A stretch of DNA of 64,000 nucleotides from Candidatus Hydrogenedentota bacterium (GCA_029552745.1 JAKPDK010000070.1:325268-389267); one strand, 5' to 3'; counted from the first letter of the stretch, positions 50,023 through 61,712 are shown. A program made the numbers and translations. Notes: generated from the sequence alone by a model not told the origin.

Positions 50023-52113
50023 ATGGCAATTGACTTACTTAAGAAAGTAACGTTTGTGTGTCCGGGCAGTTCTCCCCGACGCGTAATACGAACGCTTTTC
50101 AATCTTGGCGTAGTGGAAGTCGTGGATGCCGCAGAGAAATTTGAAGTGGAGTCCGAAGCGTTAAAGCACCCCGAAGTAACTACAGAAGAAGCCGACGACA
50201 AGTTGCGGCAGATTGACCTGATTCTCTCGCTTCTTGATACCTTAGCGCCTGAAAAACAGGGTTTTTTTGAAGGTCTTACGCCTTTGCCGCTTGTTGTGGA
50301 ACCCGGCGAAGTTGACAAAACCGTCAAAGAGTTTGACCTCGAACATCATTACAGTATTGCCAGCAAACTGGACGACACGTACCGCCGTACCGAGCGTCTC
50401 CTCGCCGAAATCCATACTCGTCTGGAGGAGCTGTATCCTTTTGAGGATCTACCCTTCTCAATTGCTGATTTCTCCAAGACGAAGAGGACGGTACTACTGA
50501 TTGGATATCTTCCGTTAGAGAAACTCCACCGGTTGAATGAATCAGAAGAGCCATGGGATCGAGTGGCATGGGAAATCGTTTTGCCGGGTGCCCTGATGCG
50601 GAAAGATGCCAGTCCGGAGAAAATACGAGAAGCTGAAGAGCTTGCCGCGAAGGGAAAACAGAATCGCGTTCGCGTTGTGTTTGCGTTCCTCAAAGAAGAT
50701 GAGACGACCGTTCGAAAGGCGCTCAGTGAATTGGGCTTCGAGGAAATGATTCTTCCTGTTTTGCCCGGGAAAGTGCGTGACCAGATTCGGGCCCTTAAGG
50801 GCGATTTGGCAGAGTATGAGGGGCGTTTACAGGAGGTCAGGAAACAGGTTGAGTCGATGAAACATCTGCGGCGGCCGCTAACTATTTTGAAAGCGGTTTG
50901 GCTCAGTAACCGAAATCGGCGGTTGGCTTCGGCAAAGAGTCTCCACGGCAAATGGACGCATGTTCTCTGCGGCTATGTCAGAGAACGGGATATTCCCCTT
51001 CTGGAGAAAACGATAAAGCACGAGTATCCCGAGGCTCTGCTAATTTTTGAGGATCCCAGTCCGGACGAGGACGTGCCGGTAAGCCTTTCCGCGCCCCGGT
51101 GGATTCGCCCGATAGGCTTGTTGGTCGAGATGTTTGGTTTGCCACCCTACGGTGGTTTCGATCCGTCTCCGTTTTTGCTGTTCAATTTCTATGTCTTTTT
51201 CGGGATATGTTTTAGTGATGTTGGCTATGGTCTGATGCTCATCGCGACTAGCGCCTACCTCATGTCGAAAACAAAAGACTATGAAGGGGTGAATCTTTTT
51301 GCACGGATACTGTTTCTTGCGGGATGCAGTACGGTAGTGTTTGGTGCTTTATTGGGTTCCTGGTTTGGGGATTTGTATAAGCCAGAGTTTTTGGGTGAAG
51401 GTAATCTGCTTCTAAAGCTCCAGCAGCGGTTTGCCATCCTTGATCCCATGGGAAAACCAGTGGAAGCGTTGGCGATTGCTTTGCTGATTGGGATGGCGAA
51501 TCAGTTCTACGGCATAATCCTAAAAGCGTATTCCTCTCTGCGCAAAGGGGATGTCGCCGGTGCTGTATTCGATGGGTTGTTTTGGCTCATCACGCTCCCT
51601 GGCTTGGTCATTATGGCGACGAAACTTTTCATGGATACGCCCCCCAATATTTTCCGTATTGGCATGTGGCTGTTTTTTGCCGGTGCGGTGGGACTTGTCC
51701 TTACGCAAGGACGGGACGTCAAAAACCCGATAGGCCGCATTCTGACGGGAATTGTGAGTCTATACGGTATTGTAGGTAGTTACGGCTGTACGGCATTTGT
51801 GGGGGACACGTTGTCCTATGGCCGATTGTTGGCGTTGGGTTTGACCACGTCCATAGTGGCTCAAACGTTCAATATGATGGCGGGTATGGTAAAGAATGTG
51901 CCTCATGTAGGTTGGCTTTTCTTCATCCTAATATTAGTTGTAGGTCATGTGTTTAATTTTTTGATAAGCCTATTGGGAGCGTTTGTGCATTCAATGCGTC
52001 TGATTTTTGTGGAATTCTTCGGGCGGTTTTACGAAGGGGGAGCAAGACCCTTCCAGCCGCTTGGTTTTGATTCGCCTTTGTGTATTCAGAAAAAGTCAGC
52101 CGGGTCGCATTAG
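50023..52113 (+). CDS. atpI: V/A-type ATPase subunit I (a)
   Basis: DPSPF, FFGICFSDVGYG, DTLSYGRLLALG (essential Arg), HSMRLIFVEFFGRFYEGG. Confidence 0.95.
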   Translation: MAIDLLKKVTFVCPGSSPRRVIRTLFNLGVVEVVDAAEKFEVESEALKHPEVTTEEADDKLRQIDLILSLLDTLAPEKQGFFEGLTPLPLVVEPGEVDKTVKEFDLEHHYSIASKLDDTYRRTERLLAEIHTRLEELYPFEDLPFSIADFSKTKRTVLLIGYLPLEKLHRLNESEEPWDRVAWEIVLPGALMRKDASPEKIREAEELAAKGKQNRVRVVFAFLKEDETTVRKALSELGFEEMILPVLPGKVRDQIRALKGDLAEYEGRLQEVRKQVESMKHLRRPLTILKAVWLSNRNRRLASAKSLHGKWTHVLCGYVRERDIPLLEKTIKHEYPEALLIFEDPSPDEDVPVSLSAPRWIRPIGLLVEMFGLPPYGGFDPSPFLLFNFYVFFGICFSDVGYGLMLIATSAYLMSKTKDYEGVNLFARILFLAGCSTVVFGALLGSWFGDLYKPEFLGEGNLLLKLQQRFAILDPMGKPVEALAIALLIGMANQFYGIILKAYSSLRKGDVAGAVFDGLFWLITLPGLVIMATKLFMDTPPNIFRIGMWLFFAGAVGLVLTQGRDVKNPIGRILTGIVSLYGIVGSYGCTAFVGDTLSYGRLLALGLTTSIVAQTFNMMAGMVKNVPHVGWLFFILILVVGHVFNFLISLLGAFVHSMRLIFVEFFGRFYEGGARPFQPLGFDSPLCIQKKSAGSH

Positions 52114-52171
52114 GCGGTTCGGCAAACCGATTCTAGTGTCAGTTGAACGATAAGATACGGAGGGGAAAAGG

Positions 52172-52702
52172 ATGTTTGGTGGATTAGAGATGGTAGAACT
52201 AGGCCGCGGTTTGGCGTATGGCGGAGCAGGCATTGCGTTCGGTTTAGCTGGGTGCGGTTCGGCCTGGGGCATTGCTATTGCTTCTCATCAAGCCGGCGGA
52301 GTGCTCAGGGAAAAACCTGACCTCTTTGGGCGTATGTTGATTTTCATTGGTTTGCCGGGAACCCAGGGTTTCTATGGGTTCATCATGGCTTTCCTGTTGA
52401 TGGCTCAGACGGGACTTATCCGTGGAGAACAAATCAATGTAGCGCCAGGAACCGGGCTTGCTCTCTTTTTCGTGGGCTTAGGCTTCGGTTTGGCACAGTT
52501 GGTGTCTGCCATTAAGCAGGGCGAAGCTTCGGCTGCGGCCATTGCCCTAGTGGCGCGCCGCCCGGAAGCGATGGGCCGGGCAATTCTGTTCCCTGCATTT
52601 GTGGAAACCTACGCAGTTGTCGCTCTTCTCGCCGCGATCTTGTTACTGAATTTCTTAACGAAGCCGGCCATTCTCGAATACGTCACCCAGTTGGCAAAAT
52701 AA
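52172..52702 (+). CDS. atpK: V/A-type ATPase subunit K (c), 4-TM
   Basis: GCGSAWG, LPGTQGFYG, SAIKQG, VETYA. Confidence 0.95.
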   Translation: MFGGLEMVELGRGLAYGGAGIAFGLAGCGSAWGIAIASHQAGGVLREKPDLFGRMLIFIGLPGTQGFYGFIMAFLLMAQTGLIRGEQINVAPGTGLALFFVGLGFGLAQLVSAIKQGEASAAAIALVARRPEAMGRAILFPAFVETYAVVALLAAILLLNFLTKPAILEYVTQLAK

Positions 52703-52723
52703 GGTAGCATAAAGGAGCCTACT

Positions 52724-53317
52724 GTGACTGGCATCGAAAAAATTCGCAGTGCCGTGTTGGCTTCAGCTGAGAACGAGGCCTCACGCATTCTACAAACGGC
52801 CAAGAAACATGCAGAAGAAATTATAAAAGCAGGTAGGGAAGCTGCAGCACGCGAGGCAGAACATGACTACCGCATGCGTACACGTGCCATAGAAGAGGAA
52901 TATGCCCGGAAAATTATCCAGCTGCGCGGCGTTGCCAACAAAGAGATTCTGGAAAAAAAGAACAAACAGATTCAGGCGGTATTCCAAGCAGCAAGAGAGA
53001 AAATACTGAAATGGCCTAGGGATAAATATGCTCAATTAATGGCTCGTTTTTTAGAGAAAACAACGCAGGGCGTGCAGGGTGTCGTTCGCGTTCACGCGGA
53101 AGACAAAGAGCTTTTTTCCGAGATAGTTCGCCAAATCAACTCATCCCGTGGCGTCCAGGAACAACTGGCACTAGACGAGAGCGAGTTTTTGCCCGAAAAG
53201 GGCGGATTTGTCTTTATCGCCTCCGATTATGAGGTTGATGCGCGTTTGGACACAATTCTGGCAGATTTGGAGCGGCAGCTGACACCTGAATTGGCGGTTA
53301 AACTGTTTGAGGAATAA
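52724..53317 (+). CDS. atpE: V/A-type ATPase subunit E
   Basis: GIEKIR coiled coil, GGFVF, operon position. Confidence 0.88.
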   Translation: MTGIEKIRSAVLASAENEASRILQTAKKHAEEIIKAGREAAAREAEHDYRMRTRAIEEEYARKIIQLRGVANKEILEKKNKQIQAVFQAAREKILKWPRDKYAQLMARFLEKTTQGVQGVVRVHAEDKELFSEIVRQINSSRGVQEQLALDESEFLPEKGGFVFIASDYEVDARLDTILADLERQLTPELAVKLFEE

Positions 53318-53330
53318 CGAGTAGATCAGC

Positions 53331-54311
53331 GTGGTACCAAGAATAAGACAGAATTCTAAATGGGGATTTGTGTGCGGGCGGATTAGTGTCCTTGAGGCGC
53401 GCCTCGTCTCGATGGATTTTTACGCTACCCTGCTTGCTCAAGAGCATTTGGACGACTTGATTCCCCATCTTCAAGATACGTTTCTGCGTGAGTATTTGGG
53501 GCCGGGTTCGCCCTGGGAGGATTTTAGTGCCCTTACGGATCGGTGTTTTTTCGAATTAGCTCATTCCTTGCGGGAAGATTGTCCTGACCCGACGCCAGTA
53601 GACTTGTTTCTCTTAAACGGAGACTACATGAATTTGAAAAACGCCTTGGTCGGGTTTACGTCTTTTCCGTTTCGAACGACGTGGTTGAGTTCCGAAAAAC
53701 TTGCGGCTATCGCCGGCGGAGATAATAACCTGTTGCCCGAGATTGTCCAGGAAGCCGGCGTTGCTTTGTTGCGGGAGTCAATGGATGCTACCGCTCTTGA
53801 TGCCGCCTTGGACGGCGCGTATTTGCGACATTTGTTGAGGCTTGCTCGAGAGTTTGGTAACCCTACCATTGAAGAATGTGTGAGGGAACGTGTGTTGTCA
53901 AGAGCGGTAGGGGTTGTCTGGCGTGCGGTGCGGCTCCAAGCTGGGTTACGAAATCATCAGCAGTATTTTCTACCTCTGGAAGATTTCACTCCTGTCGTGA
54001 CGGACCTGATGGCGTCTGCCGATGTTCGTGCTTGGACGGGGATCTTAAGTGGGCCTGTCGGAGATTTGTTCGAGAAAGCTCTTGAATTCCCAGAGGACGA
54101 GCAAGTGTCTCAATTTGAGCTAATGTGCGCCAATCGGTTGACCTGTTCCGCGAGGGACGGCGTTTATCAGACGGCGGGCCCCGAGCGTGTTTTTTCCTTT
54201 TTGGTAGCGTTGTATGCTGAAATGCAAAATGTGAAACTGGTAGTGTGCGGGCGCTTGAATCGGGTTGACCTGGATCTTTTGCGGCGTAGATTGAGAGTGT
54301 GCTATGGCTAA
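53331..54311 (+). CDS. atpC: V/A-type ATPase subunit C (d)
   Basis: GRISVLEARL, DYMNLK, EMQNVKLV, RRRLR; operon position. Confidence 0.85.
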   Translation: MVPRIRQNSKWGFVCGRISVLEARLVSMDFYATLLAQEHLDDLIPHLQDTFLREYLGPGSPWEDFSALTDRCFFELAHSLREDCPDPTPVDLFLLNGDYMNLKNALVGFTSFPFRTTWLSSEKLAAIAGGDNNLLPEIVQEAGVALLRESMDATALDAALDGAYLRHLLRLAREFGNPTIEECVRERVLSRAVGVVWRAVRLQAGLRNHQQYFLPLEDFTPVVTDLMASADVRAWTGILSGPVGDLFEKALEFPEDEQVSQFELMCANRLTCSARDGVYQTAGPERVFSFLVALYAEMQNVKLVVCGRLNRVDLDLLRRRLRVCYG

Positions 54312-54624
54312 AGCGTACGCGGTAGGTGAGCGGCAACTTATTTTGGGTTTTAAAGGTGTAGGCTTTGAGATTATTCCCGTTGACGAGCCGTCAAAACTAC
54401 CCGCGGAGTTGCAGCGGTTGGCCCGCGAGAAGGACGTCGCATTGGTATTACTGACGGAGAGTATTGTGAAAGGCGTTAGTGAGGCGCTGCATGAGTTCCG
54501 CGAACGAAGTACTGCCGTTGTTACGATCATTCCGACGCATGAAGGTTCGCGGCATGTAAGCTTCGAAGAAACGCGTCGAATGGTTGAGCGTTCTCTTGGT
54601 GTTGATATTTTAGGCAAAGACTAA
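54304..54624 (+). CDS. atpF: V/A-type ATPase subunit F
   Basis: AVGERQLILGFKGVG, IIP, VERSLGVDI. Confidence 0.92.
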   Translation: MAKAYAVGERQLILGFKGVGFEIIPVDEPSKLPAELQRLAREKDVALVLLTESIVKGVSEALHEFRERSTAVVTIIPTHEGSRHVSFEETRRMVERSLGVDILGKD

Positions 54625-54644
54625 TAAAGACGGGGACAAGTGGC

Positions 54645-56405
54645 ATGAACGAAACGCACGGCGAAGTGGTGAAAGTGTCCGGACCGCTCGTGGTAGCGCG
54701 CGGGTTAACCGGCGCAAGAATGTATGAAATGGTGCGTGTCGGCGAGGCACGTTTGTTCGGTGAAATCATCGAGATTCGCGGCGACGATTACTCCATCCAA
54801 GTATACGAGGAGACGGAAGGAATCGGCCCCGGGCAATCTGTTTGGAGGACCGGCGAAGCTCTCAGTGTGGAACTCGGTCCTGGCTTGATACGGTCTATTT
54901 ATGACGGCGTGCAACGTCCGCTTGATGCACTGGCGAGGGATTTCGGGGATTTTATTGTGCGGGGTGCGGAACGCCCCGCGCTGGATAGAAGTGTAGAGTG
55001 GACGTTTACGCCCGTAGCAAAAGTTGGGGACAAGGTTCAACCGGGAGATGTGCTCGGCACCATTCAGGAAAGTAAATTAGTGGAGCATCGGATTCTTGTT
55101 CCTCCCAATCGCTCGGGAATTATAAAAAAGATTGCCCCGGTTAAGGGAAATGTAGACACGGAAATAGCCGTTCTCGAAACCGCTTCGGGTTTGGTATCTT
55201 TAACCATGGTGCAACGCTGGCCTGTCCGCTTGCCGCGTCCTGTAAAAAGGAAATTCCCTCCTACGGAGTGTTTGGTTACGGGTCAACGCGTCATCGACAT
55301 GTTTTTCCCCATCACCAAGGGAGGTACGGCTTGTGTTCCCGGCCCGTTTGGAAGTGGCAAAACTGTCGTACAACATCAGCTGGCGAAATGGGCAGACGCG
55401 CAAATCATTGTGTATGTAGGATGTGGCGAGCGTGGTAACGAGATGACGGACGTGTTGATGGAGTTTCCGCACTTAAAAGACCCATCTTCCGGAGAACCTC
55501 TCATGGAACGCACCGTATTGGTTGCGAATACATCAAACATGCCGGTTGCGGCGCGGGAAGCCAGTGTGTTTACGGGCATCGCTATCGCGGAGTATTTTAG
55601 AGATATGGGCTATTCAGTCGCCTTGATGGCTGACTCCACTAGTCGGTGGGCAGAGGCGATGCGCGAAATATCTGGGCGACTGGAAGAAATGCCCGGCGAA
55701 GAAGGTTATCCTGCCTATCTCGGTTCGCGGATTGCCAGCTTTTATGAACGTGCGGGCAATGTGCAATGTCTGGGGTCCGATGACCGCCGGGGCTCGCTCT
55801 CTCTTATCGGGGCTGTTTCCCCGCCAGGCGGGGACCTTTCCGAACCGGTTGTTCAGGCAACGCTTCGTGTGGTGAAAGTATTCTGGGGGCTGGACGACAA
55901 ACTGGCGTTCGCGCGGCATTTCCCCGCAATTAGTTGGCTCAATTCATATTCCCTGTACCAAACGGTTGTAGATGAAGAAGAGAACAGCAAGATAGGTCCA
56001 ACTTGGTCTGCGAAACGCAAGCAAGCCATGGCTATTCTGCAGCGTGAGGCAGAACTTGAGGAACTAGTTCGTCTTGTGGGAATTGATGCGTTAGCGGCAG
56101 ATGACAGGTTGCTACTGCAGGCCGCCAAGATGGTGAGAGAAGACTTTCTTCATCAGAACGCATTTGACGAACGGGATACTTATACCTCCTTAAAGAAACA
56201 GTTCCGGCTTCTCGCTGTGATTTTGCATTATTATGCGGAGGCTAAGTCCGCTCTGGCGAACGGTGCTTCGCTGACGGACTTGATTACTTTGCCTGTTTTG
56301 GAGGAGATTTCCCGCGCTAAATTGATTCCCGAGGATGAGTTATCCAAGTTCGACGAACTCGAGAAACGCATTTCGGAGTCGGTAAAAGCCTTGGTTCAAG
56401 TTTGA
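54645..56405 (+). CDS. atpA: V/A-type ATPase subunit A
   Basis: GPFGSGKT P-loop, [31 protein letters not shown]. Confidence 0.98.
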   Translation: MNETHGEVVKVSGPLVVARGLTGARMYEMVRVGEARLFGEIIEIRGDDYSIQVYEETEGIGPGQSVWRTGEALSVELGPGLIRSIYDGVQRPLDALARDFGDFIVRGAERPALDRSVEWTFTPVAKVGDKVQPGDVLGTIQESKLVEHRILVPPNRSGIIKKIAPVKGNVDTEIAVLETASGLVSLTMVQRWPVRLPRPVKRKFPPTECLVTGQRVIDMFFPITKGGTACVPGPFGSGKTVVQHQLAKWADAQIIVYVGCGERGNEMTDVLMEFPHLKDPSSGEPLMERTVLVANTSNMPVAAREASVFTGIAIAEYFRDMGYSVALMADSTSRWAEAMREISGRLEEMPGEEGYPAYLGSRIASFYERAGNVQCLGSDDRRGSLSLIGAVSPPGGDLSEPVVQATLRVVKVFWGLDDKLAFARHFPAISWLNSYSLYQTVVDEEENSKIGPTWSAKRKQAMAILQREAELEELVRLVGIDALAADDRLLLQAAKMVREDFLHQNAFDERDTYTSLKKQFRLLAVILHYYAEAKSALANGASLTDLITLPVLEEISRAKLIPEDELSKFDELEKRISESVKALVQV

Positions 56406-56418
56406 ATGAGGTGAAAAA

Positions 56419-57813
56419 ATGACCACAGTTACTAGAGAGTACCGGACAGTTCGCCAAATTATCGGGCCTTTGATGTTAGTCGAAGGGGTTGAAGGCATTA
56501 CCTACGGCGAGCTCACTGATATAAAACTGAGTGATGGTTCCATGCGTCGTGGCCGCGTGTTGGAAGTCAGCGGCGACAAAGCCATGGTACAAGTCTTTGA
56601 GGGTACAAGTGGTCTATCGCCCCAAGATGTCCGAGTGAAATTTTTGGGGAAGGGTATTGAACTAGGGGTTTCGACAGATATGTTGGGGCGCGTTTTCGAT
56701 GGATTCGGACGTCCCGTTGACGGGGGACCCCCTATTATCCCAGAAAAATGGCTCAATGTGAATGGGAATCCGTTGAATCCTTACGCACGAGATTATCCGA
56801 ATGAGTTTATCCAGACCGGTATCTCAACAATCGATTTGCTAAATACCCTTGTTCGTGGTCAAAAGCTTCCCATTTTCTCTGGCTCAGGGCTGCCTCATTC
56901 TCGGCTTGCGGCTCAAATTGCTCGCCAGGCAACCGTTCTAAAGACTGGAGAAAAGTTTGCAGTCGTTTTTGCAGCAATGGGAATTACATTTGAGGAAGCA
57001 GAATTCTTTATCGCGGATTTCCGACGCACAGGTGCTATTGAGCGCTCTGTTCTGTTTCGGAATTTGGCAGACGACCCACCCATCGAACGGATTGCTGTTC
57101 CACGAATGGCTTTGACTACAGCAGAGTATCTTGCCTACGAAAAGGATATGCATGTTCTTGTCATTTTGACTGACTTGACCAACTATTGCGAGGCTCTCAG
57201 CGAGATCTCCGCGGCGCGTAAAGAAGTTCCCGGGCGGCGCGGCTATCCTGGTTATTTGTATACGGACTTGTCGACGCTTTATGAAAGGGCAGGGCGCATA
57301 AAAGGCAAGACCGGCTCTATTACCCAGATACCGGTTTTGACGATGCCGGAAGATGACAAGACCCATCCCATACCTGATTTGACGGGTTACATCACGGAAG
57401 GCCAGATTATTCTTCACCGGGGACTTCATGCTCAAGGGATTTATCCGCCAGTAGATGTGTTGCCTTCTCTGTCACGCCTCAAAGATAAGGGAATCGGGGC
57501 AGGAAAGACGCGAGAAGATCATGCCGATGTCATGAATCAATTGTATTCGGCATATGCTCGTGGCAAGAACGCTAAGGAGCTTGCCGTGGTTCTGGGCGAA
57601 TCGGCGTTGAGTGACGTAGATTTGTTATTTGTCAAGTTTGCGGATGCGTTCGAAGATCGGTTTGTGCGGCAGGGTGAAGATGAAAACCGCAGCATAGAAG
57701 ACAGTCTTCGTATAGGTTGGGATTTGTTGGCTATGTTGCCCAGAAACGAGTTGAAACGAGTCCGCGATGCGTGGATCGAGAAGTATTATCCGAAACAATC
57801 TGCGACGGCTTAA
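56419..57813 (+). CDS. atpB: V/A-type ATPase subunit B
   Basis: [43 protein letters not shown]. Confidence 0.98.
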   Translation: MTTVTREYRTVRQIIGPLMLVEGVEGITYGELTDIKLSDGSMRRGRVLEVSGDKAMVQVFEGTSGLSPQDVRVKFLGKGIELGVSTDMLGRVFDGFGRPVDGGPPIIPEKWLNVNGNPLNPYARDYPNEFIQTGISTIDLLNTLVRGQKLPIFSGSGLPHSRLAAQIARQATVLKTGEKFAVVFAAMGITFEEAEFFIADFRRTGAIERSVLFRNLADDPPIERIAVPRMALTTAEYLAYEKDMHVLVILTDLTNYCEALSEISAARKEVPGRRGYPGYLYTDLSTLYERAGRIKGKTGSITQIPVLTMPEDDKTHPIPDLTGYITEGQIILHRGLHAQGIYPPVDVLPSLSRLKDKGIGAGKTREDHADVMNQLYSAYARGKNAKELAVVLGESALSDVDLLFVKFADAFEDRFVRQGEDENRSIEDSLRIGWDLLAMLPRNELKRVRDAWIEKYYPKQSATA

Positions 57814-57852
57814 GTTTAAGATAGGACATACGTCAGTTAAGGGAAGACTTGT

Positions 57853-58479
57853 ATGCGTTTGGCCGTAAACCCAACTCGAATGGAGTTACTGCGACTTCGC
57901 CGTCGCTTGGTTGTAGCGCAGCGAGGGCATAAACTCTTGAAAGATAAACTAGACGGGCTTATGAAAGAGTTTATGCAGGTGGCCAAAGAGTACAAGACGG
58001 CCAGGCTCGCTGTTGACGATGAATTACCTTATGTACTCAAGCTCTTTGTGCTAGCGGAAATCACTTCTACGCGGCTGATTACCGAAAACGCTTTGGAAAA
58101 TACGCGTCAGGATTTGGATCTGGTTCCGGGGCGCCGTCGTTTGATGGGAGTCATAGTCCCCCAGTTTGAGATCAATTTTGGCAAATCGTCGGGTGGTTAT
58201 TCGTTTGTGCACACCTCTCCCGAGTTAGACCAGGCTATTGTCCGTTTGAAAGAATTTTTGCCCAAGCTGTTGAAAATGGCGGAACTTGAAGAAATCGTTC
58301 GGCGTTTGAGTCGGGAAATTGAGAAAACGCGGCGACGGGTGAATGCGTTGGAGCATACGTTTATACCGAGAATGGTAGAAACCATAAAATTTATTACGAG
58401 CAAGTTGGACGAGATGGAACGCTCGAACACAAGCCGTCTGATGAAGATTAAAGCCCAGCGGATGTCGGAGAGTATCTGA
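57853..58479 (+). CDS. atpD: V/A-type ATPase subunit D
   Basis: NPTRMEL, RGHKLLKDK, EIEKTRRRVNALE, LDEMER. Confidence 0.97.
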   Translation: MRLAVNPTRMELLRLRRRLVVAQRGHKLLKDKLDGLMKEFMQVAKEYKTARLAVDDELPYVLKLFVLAEITSTRLITENALENTRQDLDLVPGRRRLMGVIVPQFEINFGKSSGGYSFVHTSPELDQAIVRLKEFLPKLLKMAELEEIVRRLSREIEKTRRRVNALEHTFIPRMVETIKFITSKLDEMERSNTSRLMKIKAQRMSESI

Positions 58480-58492
58480 ATATCTGGGTCAG

Positions 58493-59368
58493 TTACCCTT
58501 TGAGCCCGGAAAGGGCTATCCCGCCTATTAGGTAACGTTGCGCCAGGCATGTTAGGGCTATCAACGGGAAACTAGCAATTACTGACCCTGCAAAAACGCT
58601 ATTCCAGTAAATCCATGCCTCGTTTCGGAAGCTAGCCAAGCCTACCGTAATTGGGTACAAATCCCAGTCGGTTAGAACTACCAATGGCCACAAAAAGTCA
58701 GACCATGCACCGATAAAAATAAACAGACCCAGCGTCACCAACGCCGGACGTGCCAAGGGCAGAATGATACGCCAGTAAACGCCGAATCGCGTACATCCAT
58801 CGATACGTGCGGCATCTTCAATGTCTGTAGGAATGTTCAAAAAGAACTGGCGAAGCATGAATATTCCGAAGGCACCCGCGAATCCTGGCAACATCACCCC
58901 CAGACGTGTATCGGCAAGTCCTATTTTGACAATAATCAAATAGGTCGGTACCAGAGTAACCGCCCCTGGCAAAATGATGGTAGCCAGTAACAAACTGAAC
59001 AAGAGATTTTTCCCTCTGAAGGTTAAACGCGCGAACGCAAATGCTGCCAAGGAGTCCAAGAAGAGTTGAGCAAGCGTTGTTGCCGATGCATAGAGGACAC
59101 TGTTCCCTAAATAGATACTGATACGTCCTAAGGTGAGCGCGCGAAGATACGCTTCAAAGCTTACGGGTCGAGGCAATAATCGGTAGGGGTGCAGCGTGAA
59201 ATCTTCCACCGTTTTCAGAGAGCTGATTAAAAGCCAAACGTATGGGGCGGCCATCGCCACCGCGCCAAGTAGAATGACAACTCCCATGAGGAAGTTCGCC
59301 ACCTTGCGTACCGCTTGGTGCGCAGAAATTAAGTTTGTTTCTTTCACGGTGAATAATTGTTTTTCCAT
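58493..59368 (-). CDS. carbohydrate ABC transporter permease
   Basis: EAA loop IEDAARIDG, LPLARPAL, WSDFLWP. Confidence 0.93.
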   Translation of the reverse strand: MEKQLFTVKETNLISAHQAVRKVANFLMGVVILLGAVAMAAPYVWLLISSLKTVEDFTLHPYRLLPRPVSFEAYLRALTLGRISIYLGNSVLYASATTLAQLFLDSLAAFAFARLTFRGKNLLFSLLLATIILPGAVTLVPTYLIIVKIGLADTRLGVMLPGFAGAFGIFMLRQFFLNIPTDIEDAARIDGCTRFGVYWRIILPLARPALVTLGLFIFIGAWSDFLWPLVVLTDWDLYPITVGLASFRNEAWIYWNSVFAGSVIASFPLIALTCLAQRYLIGGIALSGLKG

Positions 59369-60286
59369 TTAGTCGTAAAGTTTGGTAGAGCGTACAAGAC
59401 GCATCTGTAGAACAACGAAAAATGCAATAATGGCAAACAACACCCAAGCCATGGCAGCTGCATATCCCATCCTACCTACGAATTGGAAAGCGTTCCGAAA
59501 GATTTGTGCTTGGACAACTTCCGTAGCGTTTTGTGGACCGCCGTTTGTCATGATATAGACTTGCGTGAACACTTGGTATGAGCCGATGATCAGCATCACC
59601 ATGACAAAGACCAGGGTATTTCGTAGAAGCGGTATCGTAATGTACAGGAATCTCCGCAAGGGTCCCGCACCGTCGATGAGGGCGGCCTCGTAATACATTT
59701 TGGGTATGTCGCTCAAACCTGCCATAAACACGATCATGTAATAACCCACCGATTGCCACGCGCTGACGACCACAATAGCAGGCATGGCGGAATGTGGATT
59801 TTGCAGCCAGTTTGGGCCAGATATCCCTATAGTAGCGAGTATTTGATTCACCGCACCATCGTCTCGGAGTAACCATACCCAAAGAAGCGATACCACAACG
59901 CCTGGAGTGATGGAAGGAATAAAATAGATAACTTTTATGACAGGACTGCCTCGTCCCGCTCGGTCTGCCAATAATGCAAGAATTAAGGCTCCCAAAAGTA
60001 TTGATGGTACAGCCATCAGAGCGTAGTAGGAGGTATTGAGTAAAGAAAGGAGAAAGACCTCATCGTGCAAGAGTTCTCGGTAATTCTCGAGTCCAACAAA
60101 AGGGCAACGTTTGGCGAGTACGTCGTAGTTGTGCAAACTGATCCAAAGGGAGTAAGCAATGGCGATGCAAGAGAACGTGCCTATCAATAATAAACTGGGA
60201 CCTACAAAGATGTAGGCTGACAAATTGCTAGATAGTTGGCAAAAAAACGAGGTGGATTTTCTATGAGCCGAACCATTTCCGGTCAT
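59369..60286 (-). CDS. carbohydrate ABC transporter permease
   Basis: FVGLENY, YEAALIDGA, ITIPLL, MTNGGP. Confidence 0.93.
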   Translation of the reverse strand: MTGNGSAHRKSTSFFCQLSSNLSAYIFVGPSLLLIGTFSCIAIAYSLWISLHNYDVLAKRCPFVGLENYRELLHDEVFLLSLLNTSYYALMAVPSILLGALILALLADRAGRGSPVIKVIYFIPSITPGVVVSLLWVWLLRDDGAVNQILATIGISGPNWLQNPHSAMPAIVVVSAWQSVGYYMIVFMAGLSDIPKMYYEAALIDGAGPLRRFLYITIPLLRNTLVFVMVMLIIGSYQVFTQVYIMTNGGPQNATEVVQAQIFRNAFQFVGRMGYAAAMAWVLFAIIAFFVVLQMRLVRSTKLYD

Positions 60287-61641
60287 TTATATGCTCTTTC
60301 CAATTCGGCATAATACCGTGTCAGGATGGCATCTACTTTCTTTTGGGCTTCTGAAAGGGCATCTTCTGGAGTGAGGTTGTTTAACATGACCCCTTGACAG
60401 AGCGGCTGCAAAATGCTTTCCATTTCCGTAAAACGAACTACGGGAAATAGCCCGCCACTTTCTGTGATTTTGGGGATCTCGTCAAGAAAAGGATTTTCTT
60501 TGACTCTATTTTTCCAATCTTGTGTCTCGTACAACGCTGCCAGGGGAGAGTTGCGATTCAACGTGCGGAGTTTCCACACGGCGTTTTCCAGCCCGCAGTA
60601 GTAAGTGATAAATTTCCACGCTTGCTCGGGATTTGCGGCACTCTTGGGAATGCAAAAAAGGTTTGTCCACGTCATTCCACCTCGTCCGCTTCCGTGGGGA
60701 CCTTGTGGAAAGGACATCATCCCAAATCGCATCTGAGGAGATTGATCCCGAATGACGTTTGCCGACCATGTTCCTCCAATGATCATGGCGGCTTTGCCTT
60801 GCAAGAATAACTGAAAATCTTGGCGTTCTGCCGTAATCGGAAAAGAAACTTGGTCCCGATGCTGAAGGTCTTGCAAGAAATGCATGGCTTCCAGCAAAGG
60901 TACATCGTTAAAAGCACTCTTACGAAAGTCGTCGGAATAGAATTTCCCACCATCTGAATACATCCACGGCAAATAGGCGTAGATGTCGAAACCTGATACG
61001 ATGAAACCCGCTTGTATTACGTTGCCGTCTTTGTCCCTTTTGGTGAGGCGAATGGCGGCCCGCCGAAAATCTTCCCAATTTGAAAACGCATCAGGGGCGG
61101 TGGGAATGCCGGCTTCCTCAAATAGGTCTATGTTATAAAGGATGCAAGAAGCGTCATGTTCTATAGGGATCCCGTAAACATATTCTCCGTCTCTTCCATA
61201 GCGCAATGCGGCCGGTAGCCAAACCGAGTCGGCCATCTCGGGTGTTTTTTCAATGAAGGGGCGCAAGTCCATCAGCACGCCCCTTTCATAAAGGTCGTTT
61301 GCCCAGATAATGGAGGCGTGCAAACAGTCCGGCGGCCTTTTAGCGGCAATACTTGCCATAATCTTCTGAATATACTGAGGTCCGAACGGGATATGCTGAA
61401 ATCGCAGATCTATATTGGGATTCTGTTGCTCAAAGGTTACTTCTACACCTCGGAAGTATTCCTTTGTACTTTCTCCTTCGACGGGACTCCACCAGTCCCA
61501 GACGCGGAGGACATTCTTGTTTGTATCGAAATGGCATCCAACGAGAAAAATAAGAAGGGATATTAAACATCTGTGGATGGAATGAGTATGAGCACGTAAT
61601 CTGGCAGAGCAGTATTCATCCTTTGGCATGGAATGCACCAT
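60283..61641 (-). CDS. carbohydrate ABC substrate-binding lipoprotein
   Basis: lipobox LVGC, PPD, LYNIDLFEEAGI, FLQGKAAM, AWKFI; start uncertain. Confidence 0.9.
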   Translation of the reverse strand: MVHSMPKDEYCSARLRAHTHSIHRCLISLLIFLVGCHFDTNKNVLRVWDWWSPVEGESTKEYFRGVEVTFEQQNPNIDLRFQHIPFGPQYIQKIMASIAAKRPPDCLHASIIWANDLYERGVLMDLRPFIEKTPEMADSVWLPAALRYGRDGEYVYGIPIEHDASCILYNIDLFEEAGIPTAPDAFSNWEDFRRAAIRLTKRDKDGNVIQAGFIVSGFDIYAYLPWMYSDGGKFYSDDFRKSAFNDVPLLEAMHFLQDLQHRDQVSFPITAERQDFQLFLQGKAAMIIGGTWSANVIRDQSPQMRFGMMSFPQGPHGSGRGGMTWTNLFCIPKSAANPEQAWKFITYYCGLENAVWKLRTLNRNSPLAALYETQDWKNRVKENPFLDEIPKITESGGLFPVVRFTEMESILQPLCQGVMLNNLTPEDALSEAQKKVDAILTRYYAELERAYK

Positions 61642-61712
61642 TGTTTGTTGCGCGTGCCTTGGGAAAACAGATTATACGTTTTCTTTGGAGTTTGAACAAA
61701 GTGTTTTATAAT

